A DNA stretch of 64,000 nt from Bacillota bacterium (lineage in GTDB: Bacteria; Bacillota; SHA-98; Ch115; JABLXJ01), in NCBI GenBank assembly GCA_012839815.1, contig DUMQ01000098.1, positions 376 through 64,375 of the forward strand. Direction: 5' to 3'. A program made the position numbers and the translations under genes. Under the pieces are notes generated by a model. That model saw only the letters and a program-made list of their open reading frames with translations. It did no database searches and was not told where the DNA came from. Positions 29,960 through 40,015 of the stretch are shown here, piece after piece. The stretch's first letter is position 1, and each line of letters starts with the position of its first letter.

Positions 29960-31189
29960 ATGAGCAGGCACGGATGGTTTTTCGCCCCTATGGCAGGATC
30001 CACGGTTTTGCTTTTTATCTTCATACTTTTCATCCCGGCGGCGGTCGTTTTTGCGAATCCCTTTACACCGCTCCCGGCCGGGCACTGGAGTTATAGCGCC
30101 GTGGCTGAATTCGCAAAGGCCGGGCTGGTCGACGGTTATTCAAAGTCTGCCTTTACGGATGGCACCGCCATAACCCGCTATGAGATGGGTTGGATCGTGG
30201 CTAGGCTGTCGGCCAAGGTCAATGACCAGGCGTCCGGCGTTGTGCTCACAGCCTATCAGCGTAATTTACTGAAGCGCCTCCAGGCGGAATTTGCCGGTGA
30301 ACTCGCCATGATAGCCTCGCAGGGCGGCCAGACAGGTTCCCAGGCGTGGTCGCCTTCAGACCTCCAGGTCGCGCAGTTGATTTTACGCGATGAGCAGTCA
30401 GGCCTCCCCGCGAAGCAGGGCACGGGGCAGGCGTTTTGGGATTCAAGATCCGCTCCTGCTATCCCCCCTGCTAACCCCTTTGAGGCCATCGGAGGCTCAA
30501 GCGGGATCAGGCTTTCGGATATCCTCAAGGCAGGTGTGCAGGCTGGAAACGAACATAAGGGGTCAAACCCGGGCAAGGCGGATAATTGTGCGGGTAATTC
30601 CGGGGAAGCGCCGCTCCCGCTTGTTATCCCTATTACATTTGAGAACGGGTCCCAGGCTGAAATCCTCATAGGGGATACGGGGCCTGCCGACCCGATTTCC
30701 AGGGCAGCCCGCGGCGAAACCGAGGAGAAGGATGTCGTGGCGTCTGTAGGCATGCAGTATGCCCTGACGAAACTGGCAAGAGTCCGCGCAGGTTACGAGA
30801 TCGCCAGCCTCGATGATAAGGAGGCAAAAGAGACCGGTCAGAGCACCAGGCGAGCGACGGCGTCAGTTGGCGTGGACTACGATGTTATTATCTCCGATGC
30901 CGCCCGCCTTAAAGCAGGGTACAGCTACGCCCGGATGACCGATCTCGCGAGCAGCGGGGATGGCGACAAGAAGGCCGGTCTCATATTCGACTTGCTTGAC
31001 CCCTCAGCCATGGAGAAGATAGGCGAGGGGCAACGAACGACGGCCAGCGTGGGGCTGGGGTATAGTCTCAGCGGAACCACCTCGCTCACGCTGGGCTACA
31101 GCCTTATTGATTTTACGGAATCCGGCGCCGTCGAGGGGGACCATAAGCGATCCAACGTTGCGAGTGCGGAGCTCAGTATAAAGTTTTGA
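29960..31189 (+). CDS. Second SLH-domain outer-membrane protein with small C-terminal beta-barrel (OmpM-like)
   Basis: Signal peptide; PFTPLPAGHWSY...ITRYEM SLH; LQAEFAGEL; beta strands (AGYE, VGVDY, LGYSL); terminal SIKF. Confidence 0.75.
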   Translation: MSRHGWFFAPMAGSTVLLFIFILFIPAAVVFANPFTPLPAGHWSYSAVAEFAKAGLVDGYSKSAFTDGTAITRYEMGWIVARLSAKVNDQASGVVLTAYQRNLLKRLQAEFAGELAMIASQGGQTGSQAWSPSDLQVAQLILRDEQSGLPAKQGTGQAFWDSRSAPAIPPANPFEAIGGSSGIRLSDILKAGVQAGNEHKGSNPGKADNCAGNSGEAPLPLVIPITFENGSQAEILIGDTGPADPISRAARGETEEKDVVASVGMQYALTKLARVRAGYEIASLDDKEAKETGQSTRRATASVGVDYDVIISDAARLKAGYSYARMTDLASSGDGDKKAGLIFDLLDPSAMEKIGEGQRTTASVGLGYSLSGTTSLTLGYSLIDFTESGAVEGDHKRSNVASAELSIKF

Positions 31190-31590
31190 ATACCCCGGGC
31201 GCGCTGCCGCAGCGCCGCAATGATGTATATCACGATGATAACAATCTAACCGCGATGAGATGTCGCCACAATGGGATATCGGCTGAAATGATATTGGCTG
31301 AGAGATACCGGCTGAAATGGTATCGGCTGATTGAGATGCTGCGAAAGATTTCGGGGTTTACTGTGATTCGCCGTTGAGGAGTGAGGATCTACAACTTTAT
31401 GGGCAGCCCGGCAGGTGCATAAATACCATGACCCCTTCGAAGGTTTTATATAGGGCGTAATGGGTATCTGGCGTAGTGGCTGTCTATATATAGTAGTTTA
31501 TATAGGGCGCAATGAGTATTTTCTTTCTATAGTAGTGGCGGGTATCTATACGAGTAGTGGTTATCTATATCCGGAAGAGGGGGCGCTGAA

Positions 31591-32619
31591 GTGAGTAATC
31601 CAGTCGAGAGAGCCTCCCGGGTGACGGGACCCCAGGTGGCGAAGGTATTTATTCTGGGCCTTTTGCTTGCAGGCCTGTCATTGGGGATTTTTTCACTTGG
31701 GACCGGGGCGCAGGGTGCCGGGACGGTCACGGACAAGCTCCGGCAGGTCGAAGTATACCTCTATGGCAGGGAGCAGGCGGGTGCCTTACTTGAGCGAATC
31801 ACCCAGGTCGAGAAGGATATATTCGGGGCCCCTCAGCAGGGTTCGGTTATTGAACGCGTTGAGAGGGCAGCCGATTTCGCAGGCGATACTCCACTCGCCG
31901 GTCCGTCCCTTCTTTTCAAGCTTAAGGCCGTTGAATGGAGTATCTTGAGGACGCAGGGCAGCGAGCCCCTCATGGCGAAGATCGACAAGCTCGAGAAGCT
32001 GGTGACGGGCAAGACCGGCCAGGGATCGGTCGCGGCCAGGGTTGATGCGCTCGTGAAATTATGCATCCCGGGCGGGGCCGTCCAGGCGCGTACTGTAGTG
32101 GTGCCGGCCGGGACGGCGATGCGGATAAAGTTCTTAAGCGGCGTCAATTCCGGGACAGCCAAGAAGGGCGATAAGGTCGAATTTGAGGTTGTACGGGATG
32201 TGATCATCGGGACGGAGTTGATCGTGCCGCGAGGCACGCGCGGCGTCGCGACCGTCAGCAGCGTAACACCTGCAGGCAAGCTTGGGCGGGATGGGAAGCT
32301 CGAGCTTGAAATCAAAGAGGTAAAGGCTATAGACGGCAGCGTTTTGCTGCTCGGCCTCGACGAGAAAACCAGCAAGCTTAATGAATCGCTCCAGCTGGCG
32401 GTCGGCGCGAGTGTGGCGGGCTATATAATCTTCGGGCCCATCGGGGTGCTGGGGGGCCTTTTCATCCAGGGTAAGGACGCTGACATCCCGGCGGGCACCG
32501 AGATGTACGTGGCCACGTCAAAGGATGCCCAGGTGCTGGGGTTGAGCTTCCCGGGTACCGATGCAGGTGATACGTCATCGCCAAGCCTGCCGGCTGTGCG
32601 GATTACCCCCTCTACCTGA
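31591..32619 (+). CDS. Exported hypothetical protein: helical repeats plus C-terminal beta domain
   Basis: Signal peptide; LLERITQVEKDIFG-type repeats; VPAGT..GDKVEF..IVPRGT..GKLGRDG; hydrophobic hairpin; strong RBS. Confidence 0.75.
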   Translation: MSNPVERASRVTGPQVAKVFILGLLLAGLSLGIFSLGTGAQGAGTVTDKLRQVEVYLYGREQAGALLERITQVEKDIFGAPQQGSVIERVERAADFAGDTPLAGPSLLFKLKAVEWSILRTQGSEPLMAKIDKLEKLVTGKTGQGSVAARVDALVKLCIPGGAVQARTVVVPAGTAMRIKFLSGVNSGTAKKGDKVEFEVVRDVIIGTELIVPRGTRGVATVSSVTPAGKLGRDGKLELEIKEVKAIDGSVLLLGLDEKTSKLNESLQLAVGASVAGYIIFGPIGVLGGLFIQGKDADIPAGTEMYVATSKDAQVLGLSFPGTDAGDTSSPSLPAVRITPST

Positions 32620-33007
32620 GTTGGAACTTGAATTCAGTTTAAGTGAGTGTGCATCCCAGCCTGCCTATTTTAACTCGAGGCCGCTTCGAGCGGCACCACA
32701 GGCGATGGAAATGTCGCTTGGGAATAACTGGACAATTTTCAGGTTGATAGAGGGCGGCTGGCGCGTCGGGGTGGGATGTGAGACATGAGGCGCGCAACTG
32801 AGGTGGGCAACGACAGCTAAGGCGCGCAACGTGTGATTTGCGCAATGTGGCGCGACGTGATATAACGAGCGGGGGCCACGAGCGGGGGTCGCGAGGGGGC
32901 CCCCTTCCAGTTTTTATTTTGGAGGAGATATTCGGGGAGATGTAATGGAGGAAGGAAGGTCTGGCGCGTCGAATAACATTGAGGGAACGGTAAAATGGGG
33001 TGGTAAG

Positions 33008-34483
33008 ATGCGTTCCGTCGTCGTTCTGGCTGTCATGGTCGTAATTGTTGTATTCGGCGCGGCGGTCCAAGGTTCCGGCGCGTCTCCCCAACCTATCACC
33101 ATCGAAGCCCAGAATTTTGAGTACGAGGCTGACGGCATGGTTGTCATAGCGACCGGCAGCGTAAGGGCGACGCGCGGCGACTTCGTCCTCACAGCGGACC
33201 ACGTTGAAGCTGATCTCCGGAGCGAGACGATTGTGGCTACCGGCAACGTGAAGATCCGGCGAGGCTCTTACGAGGCTCAGGGCGATACCCTGCATTACGA
33301 TTTCAAGCGGGATTTAAGCGAGATCGGGGGCGCAAGCGGCAAGGTTGGAGAGGCCTTGGTTAAGGGGCGAACCCTTCGTGCGGAGCCTGGGAAGCTCACC
33401 CTGGACGACGGGCAGGTGACGAAGTGCAACCTGCCTGAACCATGCTGGCATATAGGCATGCGCCGCGTGGTGATATATCCGGGGGAGAAAATCGTGGCCG
33501 ATGGTGCAGTGCTGTGGATCGGAAGGCATCAGGTCGTACCGTTCCCCCGGCTTGTGCTGCCGCTCCGGCGTAAGGGCGATACCGAGACAGTCCTCTGGGG
33601 CGAGGATATGCCTGTGCCAAGAGCCGGCTACAATAAGGACGATGGCTTCTTTGTAGGGGTGACTTATAAATATCCTACGCTTGATGATGGGAAGATGACA
33701 TACGACGTTGCCTACCTGTCGAAAAAGGGCTATCAGGGCTCGGTGAGCTATAAGAGGGATATGGGCCAGAATCTTGACTTGAAGCTCTCGCTGGTTCACC
33801 AGACGTGGAAGGGTACCGGCGGCGGGGTAGAGCTGGACGCCTCGCTCCCCGGTTATTCCATCGAGGCCAGATTGAAGAGGGAGTTTACCTCCGACGGGAC
33901 CCTGGATTCGATTCCATCGCTGAGGTTGCGTGTTGCCCCGGTGGCGGTCGGTGGTTTGAATTTGACACTCTCAGGGACGGCAGGCTTCGGCCAGTTTTGG
34001 GAGGAGGTAACAGGCTCGCGGGGGACGAGGGTCGACTTCTCGGTCTTGCTCCGGGAAAGGGAGCCCGTGAACCTGGGCCATGGATTTCAGGGGCACTTCT
34101 CGGCTGGCCTTGGGGATTCGAGGTATAGCACGGGGGATGTGATGCGGACGGTCGATGCGACGGTCGGCGTGGCCCGCCCATTCAAAATGGGTTCCATCGG
34201 CGTAGGCTATCACAGGCTGTGGGTCACCGGGAAGACCCCGTTTGAATTCGATGCCGTCGAGGGCGTGGACGAGATCACGGGCAATGCCACGCTGAGGGTA
34301 GGGGCCGGGCCGAACCCATGGGATAAGTGGGAGCTGGGCGTCTCGGCAAACTACGACCTGGCGGCCGGGGATTTTTCCGACGTGGACTGGACCTTGACAC
34401 GTCACATGCATTGCTTCGAGGTTAGCGCCAGGTGGCGGGAGAAGCGTGAGGAGTTTGGCCTTGACATCAGGTTGATACGGTAA
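33008..34483 (+). CDS. lptD: Compact LptD-like protein (copy 2)
   Basis: Signal peptide, OstA jellyroll (ATGSV, LTADHV, ATGNV), TKCNLPEP, PRAGYNKDDG, PFEFD, RHMHC. Confidence 0.7.
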   Translation: MRSVVVLAVMVVIVVFGAAVQGSGASPQPITIEAQNFEYEADGMVVIATGSVRATRGDFVLTADHVEADLRSETIVATGNVKIRRGSYEAQGDTLHYDFKRDLSEIGGASGKVGEALVKGRTLRAEPGKLTLDDGQVTKCNLPEPCWHIGMRRVVIYPGEKIVADGAVLWIGRHQVVPFPRLVLPLRRKGDTETVLWGEDMPVPRAGYNKDDGFFVGVTYKYPTLDDGKMTYDVAYLSKKGYQGSVSYKRDMGQNLDLKLSLVHQTWKGTGGGVELDASLPGYSIEARLKREFTSDGTLDSIPSLRLRVAPVAVGGLNLTLSGTAGFGQFWEEVTGSRGTRVDFSVLLREREPVNLGHGFQGHFSAGLGDSRYSTGDVMRTVDATVGVARPFKMGSIGVGYHRLWVTGKTPFEFDAVEGVDEITGNATLRVGAGPNPWDKWELGVSANYDLAAGDFSDVDWTLTRHMHCFEVSARWREKREEFGLDIRLIR

Positions 34484-34563
34484 GACAATAATAGGACATG
34501 CAAGATTAAGGAACGAATTGGGACCGATCGAATCAATTGTAGATTGAACTAATCGTAGAGAGG

Positions 34564-35565
34564 ATGGCTGCGCGAGTGCGGATGTTGGTTACCGGCGGGG
34601 CCGGGTATATTGGGAGCCACGTTGTAAAGGAGCTTACGATTGCAGGACACGATGTTGTTGTCTATGATAACCTCTCAAAGGGACATCGCGAGGCGGTCCG
34701 CGGCGGGACGTTCATCCACGGGGATCTTGCTGACAAGGGTCTCCTGAGGGAGACCATGCGCGCCCATGGTGTGGATGTCGTGGTTCACCTCGCGGCGGAC
34801 ACTTCGGTCGCAGAGTCTATGTCGAATCCGGCTGTTTACTACCAGAATAACGTGGTGAACGGCCTGACGCTGCTCGATACCATGCTTGAGTGCGGCGTAA
34901 AGAGGATAGTATTCTCATCGAGCGCGGCTGTATATGGGGAGCCGGAGAAGGTTCCCATTACAGAGGATGCCTCCAAGCGGCCGACAAACGTATACGGCGA
35001 GACCAAGTTGGTGTTTGAGGGCATTTTGGCCGCATACGACCGCGCATACGGTTTAAAATATATCTCACTTAGGTATTTTAACGCGGCTGGAGCCGATGAG
35101 TCAGGCGAGATCGGCGAGGATCACAACCCCGAGACGCAGCTCATCCCCATCGTGCTCCAGACGGCGCTGGGTCAGCGGCCGTATCTCGAAATCTATGGTA
35201 CTGACTACCCCACGAGGGATGGCACGTGCATCCGCGATTATATTCACGTGAGCGACCTGGCCGTGGCGCACATCCTCGCCGCCGAGGCCTTGATGAACGG
35301 CGTGCCGTCCAACGTCTACAACCTGGGGAACGAGTCGGGGCACTCGGTGCGGGAGGTCGTAAGCGTTGCGGAGAAGGTGGTCGGCCACAAGATACCGGTG
35401 AGGGAGGCGGGGCGGCGCCCGGGCGACCCGGCCGTCCTCGTGGCGAGTTCCGAGAAGATCAGGCGGGACCTTGGATGGCGCCCGCGCTACGCAAACCTGG
35501 AGGATATAGTTGCATCCGCCTGGAAGTGGCATAGCCGGCATCCTCGGGGTTACGAAGCAGGGTAG
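34564..35565 (+). CDS. galE: UDP-glucose 4-epimerase
   Basis: TGGAGYIGSH, FSSSAAVYG, YGETK, LRYFNAAGA, DGTCIRDYIHV. Confidence 0.95.
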   Translation: MAARVRMLVTGGAGYIGSHVVKELTIAGHDVVVYDNLSKGHREAVRGGTFIHGDLADKGLLRETMRAHGVDVVVHLAADTSVAESMSNPAVYYQNNVVNGLTLLDTMLECGVKRIVFSSSAAVYGEPEKVPITEDASKRPTNVYGETKLVFEGILAAYDRAYGLKYISLRYFNAAGADESGEIGEDHNPETQLIPIVLQTALGQRPYLEIYGTDYPTRDGTCIRDYIHVSDLAVAHILAAEALMNGVPSNVYNLGNESGHSVREVVSVAEKVVGHKIPVREAGRRPGDPAVLVASSEKIRRDLGWRPRYANLEDIVASAWKWHSRHPRGYEAG

Positions 35566-35652
35566 ATCGAGGCGAGATAGATAGATCGAGATAGATGGAT
35601 CGAGACGGTAGATTGGGACGGTAGATCGAGACGAGATAGATGACGAAATAGA
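35562..35652. repeat. Degenerate TAGATCGAG/GATAGA tandem repeats
   Basis: Fill the galE-GT2 intergenic space, starting at the galE stop. Confidence 0.7.
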
Positions 35653-36593
35653 TGATGGCAGATGAGGGATTGATGACCCGCCACCCCAGTGTGAGCGTAG
35701 TGATAGCCACCTACAACAGGCGTCATATACTGGAGAAGGTTCTGCGTGCCCTTGCGAACCAAACGTGCCCGAGGGACCGTTATGAGGTGATTGTGGTGGA
35801 TGATGGCTCCACCGACGATACCGGGTCCATGGTATCGTCTATGATGCAGGCGTATCCGAATATAAGGTATGAGCGCATCCCTCACAGTGGGGCCGCCGCG
35901 GCGCGAAACGCAGGGCTGCGTCTCGCCAGGGGCGAGCTCATAATATTTGTCGATAGTGACCTGATAGTGCTCGAAGATTTCATAGAAGCCCACCTGCGGG
36001 AGCACACCGGGCGGGCGGGGTTGATCGTCCATGGTCCCGTGATTCACACGCCAGACCCTGATAATCTGTCAGGGGCGCGCCCGAAGCTCGCAGATATCTC
36101 CCATGCGTTTTTTGCCACGGGGAATGTCTCTGTTTCGAGGGCGGCGCTCTTCGAGGCGGGGCTCTTTGATGAGTCCTTTACGGAATACGGGTGGGAAGAC
36201 CTGGAGCTCGGCCAGCGCCTGAGGAGGCTCGGTCTCAAGGTGCTGCGCTCCAATGGGCCAAGGGGGTACCACATCAAGAAATCGTTCAGCGTAGCGGATC
36301 TCCCGGGGACTCTTGACAGGGAGAGGCAGCGCGGACGCATGGCGCTGGTCTATTATCGTAAGTGGCCGATCTTCAAGGTGCGGATGGAGATACTCCTGAC
36401 GCCGGCATTTTTTGGGCTGGTGAACCTGCTTTGCCTTGGAAATTGGCCCTCACGGCCGGGCACCGTACGTTTTCTGAGGTGGCTCGAAGGGAGAGGACAT
36501 AGGACCATAGTGGCCTTTCTTGTGAAGATCATGATGTACAAGGTTTATGCGGAGGGGATGAAAGAGGGTCTCATGGCTAATCATATAATCTGA
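35652..36593 (+). CDS. GT2 family glycosyltransferase
   Basis: VSVVIATYN, VVDDGSTD, ARNAG, FVDSD, GWEDLE. Confidence 0.92.
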   Translation: MMADEGLMTRHPSVSVVIATYNRRHILEKVLRALANQTCPRDRYEVIVVDDGSTDDTGSMVSSMMQAYPNIRYERIPHSGAAAARNAGLRLARGELIIFVDSDLIVLEDFIEAHLREHTGRAGLIVHGPVIHTPDPDNLSGARPKLADISHAFFATGNVSVSRAALFEAGLFDESFTEYGWEDLELGQRLRRLGLKVLRSNGPRGYHIKKSFSVADLPGTLDRERQRGRMALVYYRKWPIFKVRMEILLTPAFFGLVNLLCLGNWPSRPGTVRFLRWLEGRGHRTIVAFLVKIMMYKVYAEGMKEGLMANHII

Positions 36594-36596
36594 ATC

Positions 36597-37862
36597 ATGA
36601 GCCCAACTCCGGTAAGGCCAATCAGTATAATGTATATTCTCCCCTTTGCGGGCATCGGCGGGACGGAAAGACACGTCTTGGCCCTGGTGCGAAATCTCAA
36701 GCAAAGGCACAGGTTATGCGTCTTGAGCCCACGCGGCCCCGGGGCGGACATGTTCCGGAGCGAGGGCGTGGGGTTCTACGAGATAATGGCCCTCGAATTT
36801 GATAGAAATTTTTTTGCCGCTGTCGCTTCACTGCGCTCGAGGCTGGATCAGGCTATCCGCGAGAGCGGGGTCTCTTTGATTCACGTACATGCAAATATAG
36901 GGCTCGCCTTGCTGTCGAGGCTGATGACGAGGCGCCATCGCCCGGCGGGGCATCGTCTCCCCCTGGTATTCACGGCGCATGGTGCTCATGAAGCGTCCGC
37001 GACCTTGGAATACTATATCGACTGCCGGCTAGCCAATCGCGTTGCCGATGCGGTGATCTGCGTGTCGGGTGCCGAGGCGGCTAGATTTCGGGACCTGGGG
37101 ATCATACCATCCAAGCTTCATTTGATTTATAACGGGATCGACGAGCCGCGATGGAACCTGAGCGCGGGCCAGCTCCGGTCTAGATACGGGATTGCCCGGG
37201 AGGCCGTGGTGATCGGGACGGTGGCCAGGCTCGAGAGAGTGAAGGGCGTTGACCTGCTCTTGCGCGCCTTTGCGGAGGCAGCCGGGGATACCGTGTATGG
37301 GCATAGGAATATTGTTCTCGCCATTATAGGATCTGGAAGCGAGGAATGCGAGCTCAGGGCCCTTGCCAGGGCCCTTGGCGTGGCTGACAGGGTTCTATTC
37401 ATGGGGATGATCCCCGAGGCGTCCGCTTGCCTTCCCATGTTTGATATTTTTGTTGTTCCTTCGCGTCACGAAGCTTTCCCGCTTGCCTGCCTCGAGGCGA
37501 TGGCGGCAGGTAAGGCCGTTATCGCGACGCGAGTCGGTGGCATCCCCGAGGCCGTCGTTGACGGGGAGACGGGGATCCTGGTTGAGAGTGAGGATGTACC
37601 GGGCCTTGCGCGCGCCCTGAGGGGGCTCGTGGCGGACCCGGATAGGCGGCGTGCCCTGGGGGCGGCAGGGCGCGCGAGGTACGAGAAGATGTTCAGGGGC
37701 AGCGACATGGCCGCCAGGACTGAGGGGGTATACTTCCACGTTCTCGCGGGAAGGGACAGCGGTAAGGGGGAGCCTGCCGGGGAAAGGTCGGGGAAGGATC
37801 CGGGAGACCGGAAGATCGAGTTACCGGGAGAACCGGAGATCGGAAGATATGTGACTACGTGA
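36597..37862 (+). CDS. GT4 family glycosyltransferase
   Basis: GGTERH, IYNGID, KGVD, EAFPLACLEAM, VGGIPE. Confidence 0.92.
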   Translation: MSPTPVRPISIMYILPFAGIGGTERHVLALVRNLKQRHRLCVLSPRGPGADMFRSEGVGFYEIMALEFDRNFFAAVASLRSRLDQAIRESGVSLIHVHANIGLALLSRLMTRRHRPAGHRLPLVFTAHGAHEASATLEYYIDCRLANRVADAVICVSGAEAARFRDLGIIPSKLHLIYNGIDEPRWNLSAGQLRSRYGIAREAVVIGTVARLERVKGVDLLLRAFAEAAGDTVYGHRNIVLAIIGSGSEECELRALARALGVADRVLFMGMIPEASACLPMFDIFVVPSRHEAFPLACLEAMAAGKAVIATRVGGIPEAVVDGETGILVESEDVPGLARALRGLVADPDRRRALGAAGRARYEKMFRGSDMAARTEGVYFHVLAGRDSGKGEPAGERSGKDPGDRKIELPGEPEIGRYVTT

Positions 37863-37877
37863 GGGTATGGGAGCAGT

Positions 37878-39308
37878 ATGAAAGCGGGAAATCCGGGAGG
37901 GAATTTGGAGGCGGGGTTTACATGGGCTGGCCTCGCAGGGTGGTTCTTGATGTTTGCCGGCATTCCACTTGGGAATGTCGTGCCCGGGCTGGTCTTTCTC
38001 CTTGTGGACGGGGTCATAAGGGCGTTCAAGGCGCGTGGCCATGCCCGGGAGGACCGCAGGCACGCCGGGGAGAAGCGCACGGCCGGGACTGGCACCAGAG
38101 CTGGGACGAGAGACTGCGCCAGGATGCTGGCGACCGCGATCTGGGCCTTCGGCGGCCTGGGGTTGGTGAGCGTGCTCTGGTCCCTCAACAAGGCAGGAAC
38201 GGCCGGCTACTCTGTGACGCTCTTTCTTGTCATACTCCTGAGTTGTTTTGGCGCCAGAAGACTCATACAGAATGAGAGGCTTCTCTTGGGTTTCTTTTTT
38301 CCAGTGCTCGTGGCTGGCACCTTTGTGACATCGATTTATGCTCTCGTGGATTATTTCATGAAGGGAGGCGGCAGGGCGGATACCCTGGGGACCCAATGTA
38401 ACGGCCTTGGGACCGTCCTTATCCTGTCAGTCGCCCTATCCCTCGGATATATAGATCGAGTTCGCGGCAGGTGGCTGCTGGCCAGAGTTCCGCTGGTAGC
38501 CGTATCTGTTGCGGCCCTTCTGGCGAGCATGTCCAGGGGCGCATGGGTAGGTTTTACAGTCATGGGGTTTATATATGCCACCAGGACCCGGCGGGCGCTG
38601 GCCTGGGTCCTGGTGATCGCCTTCCTCACGGTGGCAGTGATTTACGCCACCCCGCCGCTCAAGGCGAGATTCCTCACGATATGGGATATGAGCTTCAATG
38701 GGGCCAACCATGACCGGCTCGAGCTCTGGACCGTGACCCTGAAGATGATCGAAAGACACCCCTTGCTCGGCGTCGGGGTCGGGGCTTATAGGGGCGTTTA
38801 CCCGGCTTTCAAGGGGCTCGTTGGGGGGCAGGAGGATCTTGCATCCGCCCACAACATCTTCCTCCAGGTGCTGGCCGAGTCGGGCATATTAGGTCTCATC
38901 CTTTTCATTTATGTCTTATACCTCCTGGGGCGTGCAGGCGTGGCGCTGCTCAGGACGGGCGACCTCCTATTTCGGGGGCTCTTCGCGGCCCTCGCTGGTA
39001 CCCTTGTACATCAGCTTGTCGATACCACTGTATATTGGGCCGACATCGGCGGGGGATTTTGGCTTGTCGTAGGCCTCATTTTAAGTTACTATGAATCGAG
39101 TTGCCGTGGCATGCCGCAGAAGGAGGGCACCGGCCTCCAACCTCCTGCGCCCACTCCGGGCCGCAAGCGCGAGAAGGGGCTTTACCGGGGTGAGGTCTAC
39201 CAGGACCACCGGGGCCAGGTCTATGGCCGGGATAAGGGCCGGGGTCAGAGCCAGGGCGAGACTGGAGCCGAGGCGCGAGTATCGCTCTCTGTGGTTATAA
39301 CGACCTAA
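37878..39308 (+). CDS. waaL: O-antigen ligase family protein with C-terminal tail ending in a GT2 N-terminal strand
   Basis: Multi-TM; SRGAW, RLELW, HPLLGVG, AHNIFLQVLAESG; ends VSLSVVITT*. Confidence 0.8.
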   Translation: MKAGNPGGNLEAGFTWAGLAGWFLMFAGIPLGNVVPGLVFLLVDGVIRAFKARGHAREDRRHAGEKRTAGTGTRAGTRDCARMLATAIWAFGGLGLVSVLWSLNKAGTAGYSVTLFLVILLSCFGARRLIQNERLLLGFFFPVLVAGTFVTSIYALVDYFMKGGGRADTLGTQCNGLGTVLILSVALSLGYIDRVRGRWLLARVPLVAVSVAALLASMSRGAWVGFTVMGFIYATRTRRALAWVLVIAFLTVAVIYATPPLKARFLTIWDMSFNGANHDRLELWTVTLKMIERHPLLGVGVGAYRGVYPAFKGLVGGQEDLASAHNIFLQVLAESGILGLILFIYVLYLLGRAGVALLRTGDLLFRGLFAALAGTLVHQLVDTTVYWADIGGGFWLVVGLILSYYESSCRGMPQKEGTGLQPPAPTPGRKREKGLYRGEVYQDHRGQVYGRDKGRGQSQGETGAEARVSLSVVITT

Positions 39309-39958
39309 TGGTAAGCTTCCTTTGCGCGCACCCCGATGTCAGCGGGGTAGCCGGCAAGTTGCTAAACCCTGATCTTTCGCTCCAGAAGATCAGGACCTCC
39401 ATCATCGGCCTTTGGCCGAGGAACTATAATCGCGTTTTCCCGGTCAAGTTCGTGGGGAGCGGATTTCATATGGCCAGGGCATCGGCCTTCAAGGATGTTG
39501 GCCTCTTTGATGAGAACTATTATTTCTACAATGAGGATCTCGACTGGATCGAGCGCGCCAATCGGAGGGGCCACAAGTTCATGTTCTTGCCAGGCGCTCG
39601 CGTGATCCACTATTCGGGTCAGGGTTCGAGGCAAAACTGGCCCGCTATCGAGCGCGAGCTTTACAGGAGCAATATTTATTATTATCGCAAGTTCTACGGC
39701 CCTATCATAACCTTCCTGGCGCTCACTTGCATGAAGATGGAGATATGGATGAAGGTCCGGAGCCTGCGGGCGAAGCTGGTGAGGGCTCAGAGGTCTCAAG
39801 CGCCAGCGGCCTCTGGGCCAGGGGGTGCCAGGCGAGGGAGCGAAGTGGAGGATATCAAGCTCGCTATCGAGAATCTGAGACGCGCGTATGATGCCATGAT
39901 TTACGAATATAACCACGGCAGGTTCCTTGAAACCGTTGACGTGAGACGTGGTATGTGA
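39275..39958 (+). pseudogene. GT2 glycosyltransferase with internal deletion
   Basis: SLSVVITT joined out of frame to MVSFLCAHPD..GKLLNPD..FDENYYFYNEDLDW; VVDD/DxD region absent. Confidence 0.7.
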
Positions 39959-40015
39959 TACCATGTTTGGCAGGGTAGCAGGATGTCCGCAAGTTATAAG
40001 GGGGCTTGAGAAGCT

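Noticed and set aside
32780-32920. GCGCAA repeats and GGGGGCCCCC palindrome before lptD2 as a riboswitch/attenuator
   Set aside because: No recognisable aptamer; could be chance or local duplication.
39959-40015. SAM riboswitch before metK
   Set aside because: Gap is only ~57 bp and lacks an S-box consensus.
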